64,000 nt of DNA from an uncultured Gammaproteobacteria bacterium (GTDB lineage: Bacteria > Patescibacteriota > Microgenomatia > PFEM01 > JAPLYW01): positions 374,284 to 438,283 of the forward strand of contig OZ246397.1 in the NCBI GenBank assembly GCA_965230945.1, written 5' to 3'. Position numbers and translations under genes: made by a program. The stretch's first letter is position 1. The number at the start of each line of letters is the position of its first letter. This document shows, piece by piece, positions 28,350-37,020 of this stretch. The notes under the pieces were generated by a model. The model saw only the letters and a program-made list of their open reading frames with translations, was not told the DNA's origin and did no database searches.

Positions 28350-29477
28350 ATGCCAGTGAAAAAAACAGTCAAACCAAAGAAAAACAAAAAGGAAATTAAA
28401 AGAGAGCAACAGATTAAGGATCTTATTGCCAAAGGCAGAAGAAAAGGTTTTGTTACTCAAGAGGAAATTTTAAAGATCTTTTCTGATGCCGAGTTGCATA
28501 TTGAAGAACTAGATGATCTTTATGTCAAGCTTTTAGATAGCAAGATTGATGTTTTTGAAACCGTTACCGAAGAAGAAATTGCCGAGGATGAGAAAGCAAC
28601 AACGGAACTTTCCAAAGAATTAGAGGTCTTATCTACTTTAGAGGATAGATCCTTAACTGATCCAGTCAGAATGTATCTTAAAGAAATTGGCAGAATTTCC
28701 TTATTGACAGCCGAGGAAGAAGTTGACTTAGCTCAAAGGGTAGAGAAGAGCGAGAAAAAAGCTAGATCTAAATTAATCCAATCCAATTTGAGATTGGTGG
28801 TTTCTATTGCCAAGAGGTATTTAGGCAGAAGAATGAGTTTCTTAGATTTAATTCAGGAAGGCAACCAGGGACTTATGCGAGCGGTGGAAAAATTTGACTG
28901 GAGAAGGGGTTATAAGTTCTCCACCTATGCTACTTGGTGGATCAGACAGGCAATAACCAGAGCCATTGCTGACCAGGCCAGAACCATTAGAATTCCTGTT
29001 CATATGGTGGAGACCATTAATAAGCTAAGCCAGACGGCCAGACGGATGACTCAAGAATTAGGTCGGGAGGTAACCAATGAAGAGCTAGCCAAAAAAATGG
29101 AGTTAACTCCACAAAGAGTTCAAGAGATTTTTAAGATTGCCCAAGAAACAACTTCTTTAGAGAAACCAGTAGGCAATGAAGAAGATTCTTTTTTAGGGGA
29201 TTTCATTCAAGATACTTCTCAGCCATCACCATATGATAGCGCTTCTAAACAGTTCTTAAAGGAAAACATTGAAGAAGTTTTCCAAACCCTATCTGAAAGA
29301 GAAGCCAAAGTTTTAAAGATGAGGTTTGGTTTAGCCGGGTATCGATCGATGACTTTGGAAGAAGTCGGTAGGGAGTTTGGAGTTACCAGGGAAAGAATAA
29401 GGCAGATTGAAGCTAAAGCTCTACGCAGACTTAAACATCCTTCAAGAAGAAAGAAACTTCAAGATTATTTGGAATAA
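28350..29477 (+). CDS. rpoD: RNA polymerase sigma-70 factor
   Basis: Region 1.2/2 ([29 protein letters not shown]), region 2.4 ([27 protein letters not shown]) and region 4 ([27 protein letters not shown]). Confidence 0.93.
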   Translation: MPVKKTVKPKKNKKEIKREQQIKDLIAKGRRKGFVTQEEILKIFSDAELHIEELDDLYVKLLDSKIDVFETVTEEEIAEDEKATTELSKELEVLSTLEDRSLTDPVRMYLKEIGRISLLTAEEEVDLAQRVEKSEKKARSKLIQSNLRLVVSIAKRYLGRRMSFLDLIQEGNQGLMRAVEKFDWRRGYKFSTYATWWIRQAITRAIADQARTIRIPVHMVETINKLSQTARRMTQELGREVTNEELAKKMELTPQRVQEIFKIAQETTSLEKPVGNEEDSFLGDFIQDTSQPSPYDSASKQFLKENIEEVFQTLSEREAKVLKMRFGLAGYRSMTLEEVGREFGVTRERIRQIEAKALRRLKHPSRRKKLQDYLE

Positions 29478-29507
29478 AAGCCAAAGTTTGCTAAAATAAA
29501 GATATAT

Positions 29508-29769
29508 TCCGGCGTAGCTCAACGGTAGAGCGGATCCCTGTCAAAAGGCAGCCTTTTCCAGTAATGGGAAAGTGAAAATCGGGCTAATTCGGGGAACCCC
29601 TTTAACATTAAAGGGCAATCCCGAGCTAAATCATAATTTAAAATTATGTAAATGTGTAGAGACTATATACCCGGCTTCCTAAATTAGGAAGAAGAGATAG
29701 TCCAGACCTTTTGGTAACAAGAGGATTTCTGTAAGGATAAGGTTGTAGGTTCGAATCCTACCGCCGGAG
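29508..29769 (+). tRNA. tRNA-Asn (anticodon GUU) interrupted by a group I intron in the anticodon loop
   Basis: 5' exon 29508-29541 is TCCGGCG-TA-GCTC-AACGGTA-GAGC-G-GATCC-CTGT. 3' exon 29732-29769 is TAA-GGATA-AGGTT-GTAGG-TTCGAAT-CCTAC-CGCCGGA-G. Joined, the loop is CUGUUAA, the same as E. coli tRNA-Asn. Confidence 0.75.
29542..29731 (+). ncRNA. Group I self-splicing intron (ORF-less, ~190 nt) within tRNA-Asn
   Basis: P1 pairs exon CUGU with intron GCAG, giving a U.G pair at the 5' splice site. The P7 strands are AGACTA and TAGTC. A perfect P8 hairpin CTTCCTAAATTAGGAAG lies between them. The intron ends in G before the 3' exon. The element order P7-P3'-P8-P7'-P9 is as expected. Confidence 0.75.
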
Positions 29770-29784
29770 CTAGCTTCAGAAAAT

Positions 29785-29805
29785 CGCCAAAAAGGCGGTT
29801 TTTTG
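29785..29805 (+). terminator. Rho-independent terminator after tRNA-Asn
   Basis: Hairpin CGCC-aaaaa-GGCG followed by TTTTTT. Confidence 0.6.
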
Positions 29806-29819
29806 TTAGAATAAAACAT

Positions 29820-30143
29820 ATGGTTACTTTTGATGATTTTAAAAAACTTGATATAAGAATTGGTGAGGTTATTTCGGTTGAAAAAATTCCTAACACCGAT
29901 AAACTATTAAAATTTATTTTTGATATTGGTGATGAAAAGAGACAAATAATAGCAGGAATGGCTGATTTTTTCTCTGATATTTCTTCTTTAATTGGCAAGG
30001 AAATGCCTTTATTAGTTAACATTGAGCCTATGGAATTTAAGGGTCATAAAAGTGAGGGAATGATTATTGCAGCAGATGTTGATGGTAAACCTATTTTACT
30101 TCATCCTGAGAAAGAAATTCCTGCAGGTAGCATGGTTAAATAA
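29820..30143 (+). CDS. tRNA-binding domain protein (CsaA/Trbp111-like OB fold)
   Basis: FDDFKKLDIRIGEVISVEKIPNTDKLLKFIFDIGDEKRQIIAGMADFF...KSEGMIIAAD matches the CsaA/EMAP-type tRNA-binding domain. Confidence 0.75.
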   Translation: MVTFDDFKKLDIRIGEVISVEKIPNTDKLLKFIFDIGDEKRQIIAGMADFFSDISSLIGKEMPLLVNIEPMEFKGHKSEGMIIAADVDGKPILLHPEKEIPAGSMVK

Positions 30144-30149
30144 TAGCTA

Positions 30150-30185
30150 AACTAGTCCGAACATTGTCCACGAGGGGGAGCTAGC
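30150..30185 (+). repeat. Island repeat copy B (aactagtccgaacattgtccacgagggggagctagc)
   Basis: Member of a repeat family with 10 or more copies. It begins 7 nt after the stop codon of the preceding gene. Confidence 0.85.
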
Positions 30186-30331
30186 ATCCTATAAGATTGA
30201 CTTTTAGCTTCGTTAGTAGTATATTCTCTTCACTAGTAAACTCTGGTTTTCTTTAGCGAAAATTCAAGTAATTTACTTTTAACATAAATTTTTTAGCACA
30301 TTGGTATCAAAATATTTAAGAGAGGGAAGAA

Positions 30332-30592
30332 ATGGAACCACTTGAAAAACATTATTCACGATTATGTGTCAAGCTTTGTTTGTCAGTTGGGATTGTAATG
30401 ATACTTATCTCACTTGTGTTGATGGCAATATCTGTTGTCGATTTAGGTTTTTACGATTTAGGTTTCCCCCCCTTTCCCATTGACTTTTTAGTTGTTTCCT
30501 ACCTTAAGCTTTTCTTTTTAGTTGTAATTTTAGTTTTAGGGGCAACACTTTGTATTATTGGGGGATATGCTAAAGCAATAAGAGAAGATTAG
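30332..30592 (+). CDS. Small membrane protein (86 aa)
   Basis: Two hydrophobic helices. Confidence 0.4.
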   Translation: MEPLEKHYSRLCVKLCLSVGIVMILISLVLMAISVVDLGFYDLGFPPFPIDFLVVSYLKLFFLVVILVLGATLCIIGGYAKAIRED

Positions 30593-30729
30593 TATCAAGT
30601 TGCTTAGATTAAAGCAAACTAAATGATTAGATAAATCTTTAGAAATAGGATGTCTTGTGAGACTTAATTTTAGATTGTGGTAATAAAATACTACTTTTTA
30701 AATTTAAGCCTCCGGGACATCCTATTATT

Positions 30730-30793
30730 TTGCCTAAATTTATGCCCAACTAGTCCGAGCATCATCCACGATGGGGAGCTAGTTTCAGAAAGC
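30730..30793 (+). repeat. Island repeat copy C (extended form: ttgcctaaatttatgccc + core + tagtttcagaaagcc, followed by a weak hairpin)
   Basis: Core aactagtccgagcatcatccacgatggggagc at 30748-30779. It shares the 5' extension with copies E and I and the 3' module with copies A, D and G. Confidence 0.85.
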
Positions 30794-30834
30794 CTATAAA
30801 ATAGGGATCTTTTAGACTGTGTTAAAATAGATTT

Positions 30835-31239
30835 ATGAATACATACAATTGGTATTCACAATTAATTAAACCGAGTTGGGCACCGGCAAGTTGGCTTTTC
30901 GGGCCGGTATGGACGGTACTTTATGTGATTATTACTATCACTTATGGCACAGTTTTTTATAAAGCGTTTACAAAACAGATTCCTTGGATTATGACTTTGC
31001 CTTTTTTACTCAATCTATTCTTTAATTTTATTTTCACTCCAATTCAATTCGGGCTCAAAAACAATCTACTTGCGTCTCTTGATATTCTTCTCGTTATTGG
31101 TACTCTTATTTGGGCATTTTACGTTATTTGGAATAACGTGCCCGAATTACGCTGGGTCGTCTATGCTAATATTCCTTATCTCTTGTGGGGAGCATTTGCC
31201 ACTTGTCTTCAAATTACAATCACATATTTGAATAAATAA
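30835..31239 (+). CDS. TspO/MBR-family protein, N-terminally truncated relative to the paralog at 37515
   Basis: KPSWAPASWLFGPVWTVLY and the following TM helices match TspO. The first TM helix is missing. Confidence 0.65.
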   Translation: MNTYNWYSQLIKPSWAPASWLFGPVWTVLYVIITITYGTVFYKAFTKQIPWIMTLPFLLNLFFNFIFTPIQFGLKNNLLASLDILLVIGTLIWAFYVIWNNVPELRWVVYANIPYLLWGAFATCLQITITYLNK

Positions 31240-31242
31240 TTT

Positions 31243-31698
31243 ATGCGATTATGGAGTCTGCACCCCAAGTATCTTGACGCACTAGGCTTAGTAGCCGTTT
31301 GGCGAGAAGGTTTGTTAGCAAAAAAGGCTTTACAAAGTAGAACAAAAGGCTACACTAAACACCCACAACTTATCCGATTCAAAAATCATCATTCTCCCTT
31401 AAAAGCTATTGATTGTTATCTATCTCATATATTCTTTGAGTCTGAAAAAAGAGGCTATAAATTTGATAAAAGAAATATTAGTAAAGTATCTAAAAATATC
31501 AAGAAGATAGAAGTAACTTTAGGCCAAGTAGATTATGAATTTAATCATTTAAAAAACAAGCTGAGAAAAAGAAAATATAGTTTATACAAGAAAATAACTA
31601 AGAATGAAGAGATTAAAGTCCATCCATTATTTGTAACCGTTATTGGTGGCATTGAATCCTGGGAGAAGCAAAAATATACTATTTTTGCTAGTAAATAA
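31243..31698 (+). CDS. Hypothetical protein; N-terminus resembles pyrimidine-dimer DNA glycosylase-like (Pyr_excise-type) family proteins
   Basis: MRLWSLHPKYLDALGLVAVWREGLLAKKALQ...HPQLIRF. The assignment is from memory of the family motif. Confidence 0.4.
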   Translation: MRLWSLHPKYLDALGLVAVWREGLLAKKALQSRTKGYTKHPQLIRFKNHHSPLKAIDCYLSHIFFESEKRGYKFDKRNISKVSKNIKKIEVTLGQVDYEFNHLKNKLRKRKYSLYKKITKNEEIKVHPLFVTVIGGIESWEKQKYTIFASK

Positions 31699-31718
31699 GG
31701 TACTAATTATTTTCTAAA

Positions 31719-31910
31719 TTATTTTCTGCTCCAAGTTGTAAAAGCTAGATAAATAGCTGACAAACCAACTAAAACATAAACGATTCTAGATAAAAAAGAC
31801 ATTACCCCAAAAATAGCTGCCACCAGATCAAAATTGAAAAAACCAACCAATCCCCAGTTTAGTCCACCGACAATAACTAAAATCATAGCAATAGTAGATA
31901 TTACTTTCAT
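31719..31910 (-). CDS. DUF378-family small membrane protein
   Basis: VIVGGLNWGLVGFFNFDLVAAIFG...SRIVYVLVGLSAIY is the characteristic DUF378 pattern. Confidence 0.6.
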   Translation of the reverse strand: MKVISTIAMILVIVGGLNWGLVGFFNFDLVAAIFGVMSFLSRIVYVLVGLSAIYLAFTTWSRK

Positions 31911-31985
31911 TTTTTCTCACCCCCTTTCTCTAAAATTACCTCTGATTTAATCTTATCACAAAGTAGCTAATTTTAAATTTTTTCT

Positions 31986-32022
31986 AACATTGTCCGATAG
32001 GGGAGCTAGCTTCAGAAAGCCC
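31986..32022 (+). repeat. Island repeat copy D (5'-truncated core + tagcttcagaaagcc module)
   Basis: aacattgtccgataggggagctagcttcagaaagcc. Confidence 0.8.
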
Positions 32023-32040
32023 ATAAAATTGGGCTTTTTT
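32018..32040 (+). terminator. Rho-independent terminator (AGCCCA-taaaat-TGGGCT + T6) belonging to repeat copy D
   Basis: Perfect 6-bp stem plus a T-run. Confidence 0.6.
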
Positions 32041-32059
32041 ATTGTGATAGAATAATAAC

Positions 32060-32620
32060 ATGTTAAAAGTAGGAATAATTGGACCAACAAACATGCCGAA
32101 ATTGAGTAAGTTGATGAAAAAGCCAATTGACTTTCTTTTAAATAAGGCACAACTTGTAGGAAAAACTTTAGCTGAAACAAACTATGAATGTTGGATTAAC
32201 AGCGATAAGGGTATGTTAGTTGCTATTGGAAAGGCATATAAGAAATTTGGTGGTAAAAAACTTGTTATTTTATACCCCGGGAAAGGTGAACCTTGGCCAA
32301 AAGAACACACCAAACCTTATATTAAGTATGCCGATGAACTGAGGAAGGAAAGAAATTGGTTTTGGTCTAACTACAATGTAACCGCCCTGCCTGATGTATG
32401 TATTTGCGTGGGTCTTGGGGCTGGTGTTTTAAGTGAATTAGCTTATATTAAATGGAATTACACACTAAAATGCGGCAACCTTAAGAAGCTAATTGTGGTT
32501 AAGGAATTATTGAGTGGTGGCAAGTTTCCATTAGAAATAGAGGCTGATATAAAAAATATTATTCAATATGTTGAAAAAGTAGAAGATTTGAAGAAAGTTT
32601 TAGAAGAATTTAAAAACTAA
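32060..32620 (+). CDS. Hypothetical protein, possibly a remote LOG/SLOG-like Rossmann-fold protein
   Basis: N-terminal VGIIGPTN...CWINSDKGMLVAIGKAYKKFGGK resembles the nucleotide-binding LOG/DprA-like fold. The match is weak. Confidence 0.35.
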   Translation: MLKVGIIGPTNMPKLSKLMKKPIDFLLNKAQLVGKTLAETNYECWINSDKGMLVAIGKAYKKFGGKKLVILYPGKGEPWPKEHTKPYIKYADELRKERNWFWSNYNVTALPDVCICVGLGAGVLSELAYIKWNYTLKCGNLKKLIVVKELLSGGKFPLEIEADIKNIIQYVEKVEDLKKVLEEFKN

Positions 32621-32629
32621 TTTGTGCCC

Positions 32630-32661
32630 AACTAGTCCGAACATCGTCCACGATGGGGAGC
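32630..32661 (+). repeat. Island repeat copy E (consensus core aactagtccgaacatcgtccacgatggggagc)
   Basis: Begins 9 nt after the stop of the preceding gene and carries the tttgtgccc 5' extension. Confidence 0.85.
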
Positions 32662-32697
32662 TAGTTCCAGAAAACCTCTTTTTGTTATAATTACTCC

Positions 32698-33240
32698 ATG
32701 ATAACTATTATTTTTGAATCTCATGGAACAACTTATGATAGCGAAAAGAGCGTATCTTCAGGCCATGCCGATGCGAAATTATCCTCATTAGGGAAGAAAC
32801 AAGCGAAGGAACTAGGAAAAAGATATGAAGATAAAAATTTAGACGCTGTGTTTTGTTCAGATTTATCACGCTCCTATAAAACAGGCAAAATTGCTTTTAG
32901 AGAAAGGAATGTTCCCATAGTTAAGGATAAAAGACTCCGTGAATGTGATTATGGGGACTTAACTCAACACTCATCAAAAGAAGTAGAGCCTTTTAAAATA
33001 AAACACATAAAGACTCCTTTTCCAAATGGAGAAAGTTATGAACAAGCCGCTGAGAGGATGAGGAGTTTCTTGCAAGATTTACTTAAGGATTATGATGGTA
33101 AGACGGTCATGATTATTGGCCATCGGGCTACACAATATGGATTGGAACATTGGATAAAAGGCTTACCACTTAAAGATATTATTGTGATTCCTTTTAAGTG
33201 GCAACCTGGCTGGACTTACTGTCTAGAAAAGCTAAACTAG
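32698..33240 (+). CDS. Histidine phosphatase (phosphoglycerate-mutase-like) family protein with atypical SHG instead of RHG
   Basis: IIFESHGTTYDS...SSLGKKQAKELGKRY...DAVFCSDLSRSYKT; C-terminal IIGHRATQ. Confidence 0.55.
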   Translation: MITIIFESHGTTYDSEKSVSSGHADAKLSSLGKKQAKELGKRYEDKNLDAVFCSDLSRSYKTGKIAFRERNVPIVKDKRLRECDYGDLTQHSSKEVEPFKIKHIKTPFPNGESYEQAAERMRSFLQDLLKDYDGKTVMIIGHRATQYGLEHWIKGLPLKDIIVIPFKWQPGWTYCLEKLN

Positions 33241-33263
33241 TCCGAACATCGTCCACGAAGGGT
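33235..33263 (+). repeat. Island repeat copy F (3'-divergent); the stop codon TAG of the upstream gene lies inside the repeat
   Basis: aactagtccgaacatcgtccacgaaggg followed by a GC-rich unique segment. Confidence 0.8.
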
Positions 33264-33368
33264 ACCCCATCGAGGCCCTGCGTTACCAATAGACGAGGCG
33301 ACATCGGCTTCAGGACGCCAAAATGAGATGTTTAAGAATAAAGACAATTATGATAGAAGACGAGAAAA

Positions 33369-33983
33369 ATGGATAGACACATATTTCTAAAATGGCTTAA
33401 AATCAACGGTTTATGTTTTATAGGTGCCTTTATTGTAGTATTCCTTTTGGTCCAATTATTTCCCAATGTCATGCTCGGATTGTTAGGAAGATGGGCTTCT
33501 TTAATCGAGCTGGCAGGAGCTAAGAAGATGGCAGAACTTCCTTCCGATTTCGATGTATTCATTCACATACTCTCCAGAAATAGCGTCTCGATCTTCATTG
33601 TTTTTGTCATGGGACTACTCTTGCAGGCACCCATTTTGATGGTAGTGTTTGGTTCGTTCTATTCTCTTATAGCTTTTCTTGCCCCGCTAACGATAGGCAA
33701 AACCTTTGCCCTTGTCGATTGGATTCTAATTGCAACCGAAGCACTCTTCCTTACTATAACTGTAACTTTTTCATCAACTCTTGCTACGGAAATATTTGGA
33801 GCAAAACCGGAGAGAAAACAGTTATTAGAGTATTGGAAGAAGAATTGGAAGAAGTTACTCCCCAAGCAGAAAAGAAATTGGAGGATTGCATTCAAAGAAT
33901 GCAAAAAAGAATTCATTTTGTTTATCATAATAGTTTTAGCACTGCTATTGTTTGGAGCGTGGTTTGAAGTTTGGGGTTATTAA
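33369..33983 (+). CDS. Hypothetical polytopic membrane protein (204 aa)
   Basis: Five or more hydrophobic helices. Confidence 0.45.
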   Translation: MDRHIFLKWLKINGLCFIGAFIVVFLLVQLFPNVMLGLLGRWASLIELAGAKKMAELPSDFDVFIHILSRNSVSIFIVFVMGLLLQAPILMVVFGSFYSLIAFLAPLTIGKTFALVDWILIATEALFLTITVTFSSTLATEIFGAKPERKQLLEYWKKNWKKLLPKQKRNWRIAFKECKKEFILFIIIVLALLLFGAWFEVWGY

Positions 33984-34207
33984 AGTGAAAGGGTATCCCC
34001 TCGCCGACTCTCCGCTAGCGCTCGCTCCGCCCAAACCACCCTTCGGGTTGGCTTCCCCTGCATCAGCAATAAGAAATTTAACCTTGAGCTAAGGCTAAGC
34101 CAACCTGCAACCTCTTAATTTCCTCCCACCTAACTTTTATTAACTCCATTTGAACTGCATCCTCAAAAGCCCTTAAAATCTTGTTAATAGCGGTTATAAT
34201 AATCTTA

Positions 34208-34235
34208 GGACTAGGGAGTTAGCTTCAGAAAGCCC
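34208..34235 (+). repeat. Island repeat copy G (degenerate 5' part + tagcttcagaaagccc module)
   Basis: ggactagggagttagcttcagaaagccc. Confidence 0.75.
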
Positions 34236-34253
34236 ATTAAATTGGGCTTTTTT
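34231..34253 (+). terminator. Rho-independent terminator (AGCCCA-ttaaat-TGGGCT + T6) belonging to repeat copy G
   Basis: Near-identical to the terminator at 32018. Confidence 0.6.
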
Positions 34254-34272
34254 AATCTGGTAAAATAAAGAT

Positions 34273-34800
34273 ATGAAGATTGCTATTGGTTCTCAAAATC
34301 CAACTAAGATTAAGACTGTTGAGAAAGCTTTTGTTTGCTTTTGGCCTAAGAAGAAATTTAAGTTTATAGCTATTAAGACCAATTCTGGGGTAAAAGACCA
34401 ACCGATGTCTGATGAAGAATGTATTAAAGGGGCTGAAAATCGGGCTAAAGGTGCTCAAAGCCAAACCGATGCTGATTTTGGCGTTGGGCTGGAGGGGGGC
34501 ATAGTTGAAGTTAATAGAAAATATTTTACTAGAGCATGGATGGTTGTAATTGATAAGAAGGGAAAGATAGGCATTGGTTCTAGTATAAGTGCTCCTTTAC
34601 CGGATAAGTTTATGAAACTAATTCACAGTGGTTTAGAGCTGGGTGAGGTTGACGATATTATTACAGGAAGGAAGGATACTAAAAAGAAAAATGGTTATTT
34701 TGGTTTAGTTAGCGATAATTTGATTACTAGAGAAAAAGGATATTTTGATGGAATGATAATGGCTTTAGCTAAGTTCAAAAAAATTAAGCTTTTTCTCTAA
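34273..34800 (+). CDS. Non-canonical purine NTP phosphatase, YjjX/DUF84 family (inosine/xanthosine triphosphatase-like)
   Basis: IAIGSQNPTKIKTVEKAF, SGVKDQP...EE...GAENRA, GLEGGI and GYFGLVSDNLITREKGYFDGMIMALAKF align with the YjjX family. Confidence 0.75.
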   Translation: MKIAIGSQNPTKIKTVEKAFVCFWPKKKFKFIAIKTNSGVKDQPMSDEECIKGAENRAKGAQSQTDADFGVGLEGGIVEVNRKYFTRAWMVVIDKKGKIGIGSSISAPLPDKFMKLIHSGLELGEVDDIITGRKDTKKKNGYFGLVSDNLITREKGYFDGMIMALAKFKKIKLFL

Positions 34801-34832
34801 GACTAGTCCGAACATCGTCCACGATGGGGAGC
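34801..34832 (+). repeat. Island repeat copy H (consensus core); starts immediately after the stop codon
   Basis: gactagtccgaacatcgtccacgatggggagc. Confidence 0.85.
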
Positions 34833-34837
34833 AAATT

Positions 34838-34856
34838 CCCAGACGTCTGGATTTTT
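34838..34856 (+). terminator. Terminator-like palindrome CCAGAC-GTCTGG + ATTTTT following repeat H
   Basis: Perfect 6-bp palindrome plus a T-run. Confidence 0.5.
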
Positions 34857-34913
34857 AACTTCAAAATATTATTCCAGGGAAGGAGAATAGGATCTTAATC
34901 GCAATTGTAGAAT

Positions 34914-35408
34914 TTATTTTCGTTTTACCTGAGCGGGTTTAATAAATTTTATATATCCTAAGAAAAAGGAAACGACTAATCCTATGGAAACGACAATAAA
35001 TCTGAAGATATTATCATCACTTCCAAAACCCCTGATAATACTATAGATTAAAGTTAAAACACCTCCCAAAAGTAAACCATCCGCGATAATTAAAATCTTT
35101 TTGAATAAAGTTAAGCTGATAGCCAAGATTAAAATGGCTGCTATTAGAGACACAATAGAAATCTCTCTATTATACTTTTTAACTTGTGTTTGATAGACCT
35201 TTAGGTTTTTATCAAATTCTTCTTGCTCTTGTCGAATTTGACGCAAAGTTGCTTCGTCTGTTATTCTTTCGCAAATAGATTCTTCATGTTCAATTGAAAA
35301 AGGAACTTCTGGCCTCTCAGGGCCAGGATGAAAAGCAGCAATACCAACGCCAACAAAAGCAGCTAAAAGGACACCTGTGAACATAATATAGACAAATCTA
35401 AGAGCCAT
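34914..35408 (-). CDS. Hypothetical membrane protein (164 aa, 3 TM)
   Basis: ORF with hydrophobic helices and a charged loop. Confidence 0.45.
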   Translation of the reverse strand: MALRFVYIMFTGVLLAAFVGVGIAAFHPGPERPEVPFSIEHEESICERITDEATLRQIRQEQEEFDKNLKVYQTQVKKYNREISIVSLIAAILILAISLTLFKKILIIADGLLLGGVLTLIYSIIRGFGSDDNIFRFIVVSIGLVVSFFLGYIKFIKPAQVKRK

Positions 35409-35498
35409 CTTAAGAAAACTTTAGCAAAATTTTATTCTAAACGCAAATTAACTATGTCCAAGACGAACTAGGGTTTTTTGTTGCCTAAATTTGTGCCC

Positions 35499-35530
35499 AA
35501 CTAGTCCGAACATCGTCCACGATGGGGAGC
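35499..35530 (+). repeat. Island repeat copy I (consensus core with ttgcctaaatttgtgccc 5' extension from 35481)
   Basis: aactagtccgaacatcgtccacgatggggagc. Confidence 0.85.
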
Positions 35531-35651
35531 CAGACTGGATTGGCAGGTCGCAAATCGGGCGATTTTGCCAATATATCGGCATATTTGACAGGTTCGAGCG
35601 AGTCAGAATATTGTTCTTCAACAATAAATTATTTTGTGATAACATTAAAAT

Positions 35652-35978
35652 ATGGATATTTCAATTTTCTTTGCAAGACTTTGGGGTAGCTACTCAGTTA
35701 TTTTTGGATTGTTGTTCATAATAACTGGACAATTGGGTAAAACTATAGAGATGACCGATGATAAATCGTTTGTTATTTCTACTGGCTATATTACTTTGAT
35801 AATGGGTCTGGTTACGGCAATTTTACACAACGTTTGGGTCGCCGACTGGAGAGTTGCCATTACTATTTTAGGATGGTCTACTGTAATCAAGGGAATAATG
35901 AAAATTGGATTCCCTGAACAGATACACAAGCAGGCACAAAGATTCAAAAAAAACAAATGCTTAGCGCCGCTTTCATGA
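35652..35978 (+). CDS. Small membrane protein (108 aa)
   Basis: Three hydrophobic helices. Confidence 0.4.
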   Translation: MDISIFFARLWGSYSVIFGLLFIITGQLGKTIEMTDDKSFVISTGYITLIMGLVTAILHNVWVADWRVAITILGWSTVIKGIMKIGFPEQIHKQAQRFKKNKCLAPLS

Positions 35979-36149
35979 TTCTTCTAGGTACATGGCTTTT
36001 TTGGGTGAGTTTTTAGCTAACAATAATTCTGGATGCAAATATATTTACTTTGTTCCTGAATGGCGGTTCGAACATTTTCCATTACCCTGAGCTGAACCTA
36101 GAAAGTTCTGTTTTAAGGGCTTTTTTAGTCTGTGATAGAATGAAGTTAG

Positions 36150-36548
36150 ATGGGCAAAAAGGCAGTTGCAGCTATAGTTTACGATAAAAATTCTGGCCGA
36201 GTTTTAGTAGGCAGAAAAACATCTGATTCTAATGGTTCTCTTACTGGCCAATATCATTTACCTGGAGAAACAATAGAACCTGGTGAGTCGGATGAGGAAG
36301 CCCTAATAAGAGGCATGAAAGAGGAAGCAGGTATTGAGGTGAAGGTCTTGCGTTATTTAGCTTCGCACATAACTCCTAAGAAGACAAAAGTAAGATGGTA
36401 TGAATGCGAGCCGTTAAGTGATGATATATCTTTTGGCAGCGACTTAACCGAAGTTTTATGGGTTCCGAAAGAAAAAGTAATTCATATCTGTTCTTCCAAA
36501 TCTATCCTTCTATGGCCAAAAGAAATAAAAGAATACTTCTCTAAATAA
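36150..36548 (+). CDS. NUDIX hydrolase
   Basis: Canonical Nudix box GETIEPGESDEEALIRGMKEEAGIE. Confidence 0.8.
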   Translation: MGKKAVAAIVYDKNSGRVLVGRKTSDSNGSLTGQYHLPGETIEPGESDEEALIRGMKEEAGIEVKVLRYLASHITPKKTKVRWYECEPLSDDISFGSDLTEVLWVPKEKVIHICSSKSILLWPKEIKEYFSK

Positions 36549-36574
36549 TTCTAGAAATTATAGATTTAAAACAA

Positions 36575-36606
36575 AACTAGTCCGAACATCGTCCACGAGG
36601 GGGAGC
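36575..36606 (+). repeat. Island repeat copy J
   Basis: aactagtccgaacatcgtccacgagggggagc. The following gagccagttggaacttaatatacc is echoed at 38082-38107. Confidence 0.85.
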
Positions 36607-36689
36607 CAGTTGGAACTTAATATACCCAAGTTAGTCTTGAGACTTCTGATACATTTTTTATTCTAAACACTGAGGATTATAAATTTCTT

Positions 36690-37010
36690 TTGCTTGAGGT
36701 AAAATATAAGAAATCCACAAAAAAGGAGGTGAGTTTTTTGAGCGGAAAAAAACATTTTACGGCTGATGAAGCCAAAAAAATCGGCGAAGAGCTGGGTATT
36801 AAATGGGATAAGTTTGATGTTGAGCAGTTTAGACAAGGGATGGATGTGGAGTTAGAGCATGGCTTGGTTGACCCGCATACTAATGTCAGCAACGACGACC
36901 CTTTGGTCACCGGAAAAATTGCCCTGGCTCACCTTATTGAGTTTCCCGATTACTACACTAGGCTTGAAAAGATGGAAAGAGAAGCGGAAAATTATTGGAG
37001 TAAAAATTGA
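36690..37010 (+). CDS. Conserved hypothetical protein (106 aa; DVELEHG motif)
   Basis: Soluble ORF. Confidence 0.45.
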   Translation: MLEVKYKKSTKKEVSFLSGKKHFTADEAKKIGEELGIKWDKFDVEQFRQGMDVELEHGLVDPHTNVSNDDPLVTGKIALAHLIEFPDYYTRLEKMEREAENYWSKN

Positions 37011-37020
37011 ACTTTCGTCG

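Noticed and set aside
29684-30022. ORF 29684-30022(-)
   Set aside because: It overlaps the tRNA-Asn 3' exon and group I intron and is antisense to the CsaA-like gene, so it is spurious.
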